From the NCBI GenBank assembly GCA_041180145.1, contig JBEGSA010000002.1:14583-78582 (forward strand): a stretch of 64,000 nucleotides of DNA, written 5' to 3'. The notes under the pieces were generated by a model. That model saw only the letters and a list, made by a program, of their open reading frames with translations. It was not told the origin of the DNA and ran no database searches. The translations under genes were made by a program, and so were the position numbers. Numbering within the stretch: the first letter of the stretch is position 1; each line of letters opens with the position of its first letter. This document shows positions 63,026 through 64,000 of the stretch, piece by piece. The DNA comes from Actinomycetota bacterium (lineage in GTDB: Bacteria; Actinomycetota; Actinomycetes; Actinomycetales; Microbacteriaceae).

Positions 63026-63943
63026 ATGTTTGCAAAAGCCTTAACCGCTTCGTTGCTTGCCGTTGGTTTGTCGGTTGGCCTAACGGCATGCGACCCTCCA
63101 ATGCCTCCCGACGTTCTCGCAGCACTTACAGAGCAGGTTGTGACCTGTGTTCCGGGCGAGGTAGGCGTGGCTTTTCCTGACTCACTGGCGGACCTAACCT
63201 CAAGCTGGCAGGGTTCCCTTGCAGAGTCCTGCGGTGACATGTCTCTAGTCTCTCTTGCCAGCGACGATCCAAATGCAGATGTGATTATCTCTGATTCAGG
63301 CTTCATCGATGCTGCTTGCACCCCATTTGAACAGGTTCCATTTGCTCAAGACGGTTCGGTCTTGGTGTTCCTAAATTCCGAGGTTGCCTCACTCGACATA
63401 ACGCCGGCAATCGTGGCCGGAATTCTCTCAGGCAAAATCAGCGACTGGAGCGACCCCGAAATCACCAAAGCCCTGGGAGGAGTGGCTCTTAGCCCACTCG
63501 CAATAAAGGTGCTGCCTAATGTGCAGGCCAATGCTTTGGCTGCAACCGAAAAATGGTTGGCCGAAAGTGGCCTGACTCTAACAAAGTCAAAGTTCAAGGC
63601 CATTAACTTCGATGATGGAAGTGCACTCATGGCGATGGCCGAGGGCGAGGTGGCACTCACCACGCTATCTGCCGCCAATTACAACTACTCGGCTATGGCG
63701 AGCGTTGCAGTTGACGGTGAGGTTTTGCCTTATCTTGGTGGCTTTACTGTCGATGCCGTCCTCTGTGGTGAAGACACTTTGGTCAAGCGCGCCGTGGTTA
63801 AATACCTGTTGCGTCAGGACTCTCAGGGTGCTTTGCTCTCTGGGGTAGTTCTGCCCCTCGCTGATGAGTTGCGCCTCGAATCGGTTACCAAGGTTTCAAA
63901 GGGTCTGCCAGTTCCAAGCGATTTGCCAACGCCTGAGCAGTAG
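63026..63943 (+). CDS. Degenerate PstS-fold lipoprotein
   Basis: LTAC lipobox; retains the PstS-like LDITPAIVAGILSGKISDWSDPEI segment but lacks the GSS, GSG and RxDxSGT motifs. Confidence 0.7.
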   Translation: MFAKALTASLLAVGLSVGLTACDPPMPPDVLAALTEQVVTCVPGEVGVAFPDSLADLTSSWQGSLAESCGDMSLVSLASDDPNADVIISDSGFIDAACTPFEQVPFAQDGSVLVFLNSEVASLDITPAIVAGILSGKISDWSDPEITKALGGVALSPLAIKVLPNVQANALAATEKWLAESGLTLTKSKFKAINFDDGSALMAMAEGEVALTTLSAANYNYSAMASVAVDGEVLPYLGGFTVDAVLCGEDTLVKRAVVKYLLRQDSQGALLSGVVLPLADELRLESVTKVSKGLPVPSDLPTPEQ

Positions 63944-63971
63944 GCGCAACTTGATTGGTTAGGCTTGTCAA

Positions 63972-64000
63972 ATGGCTAAAACCAACAAGGCAAAGGGCGC
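63972..64000 (+). CDS. 5' end of an unidentified CDS (MAKTNKAKG...), truncated by the window edge
   Basis: ATG 6 nt after -10 TAGGCT; too short to identify. Confidence 0.4.

Overview
A 64 kb stretch of mostly core chromosome from a genome-streamlined, moderate-GC actinobacterium. Gene content, gene order and CTA-rich Leu usage suggest a freshwater Microbacteriaceae of the Luna-1 type (Rhodoluna/Aquiluna-like); this taxonomy is inference. In order, the window holds: a ThiF-like/zincin/PDZ-Lon/UPF0182 cluster, tRNA-fMet, a secreted PKD-like protein, htrA, murI-rph-rdgB, dedA with tRNA-Arg(CCG), an orphan GH32-like gene, argS-lysA-hom-thrC-thrB-rho-prfA-prmC-tsaC-wecA, the atp operon, pduO/yaaA/tag/ogt, a polyamine uptake and catabolism cluster interrupted by a minimal EccC/FtsK-type ATPase, dxr-rseP-ispG-proS, nusA-ylxR-infB-rbfA-truB, and a pstCAB-pstS operon with a second, degenerate PstS-fold lipoprotein. 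I saw no transposases, integrases, CRISPR arrays or rRNA, and no clearly novel multi-gene system can be proven from sequence alone. The most interesting signals are: (i) a DnaA-box-like motif exactly 37 nt upstream of two unrelated leaderless genes; (ii) an unanchored basic PstS next to an acidic, binding-site-less PstS-fold lipoprotein; (iii) a tRNA whose 3' end lies 1 nt from a start codon; (iv) the stand-alone T7SS-like ATPase; (v) structured leaders before argS and rho; and (vi) 11-nt-phased PHO- and MprA-like boxes plus a PafBC-type promoter on rseP.
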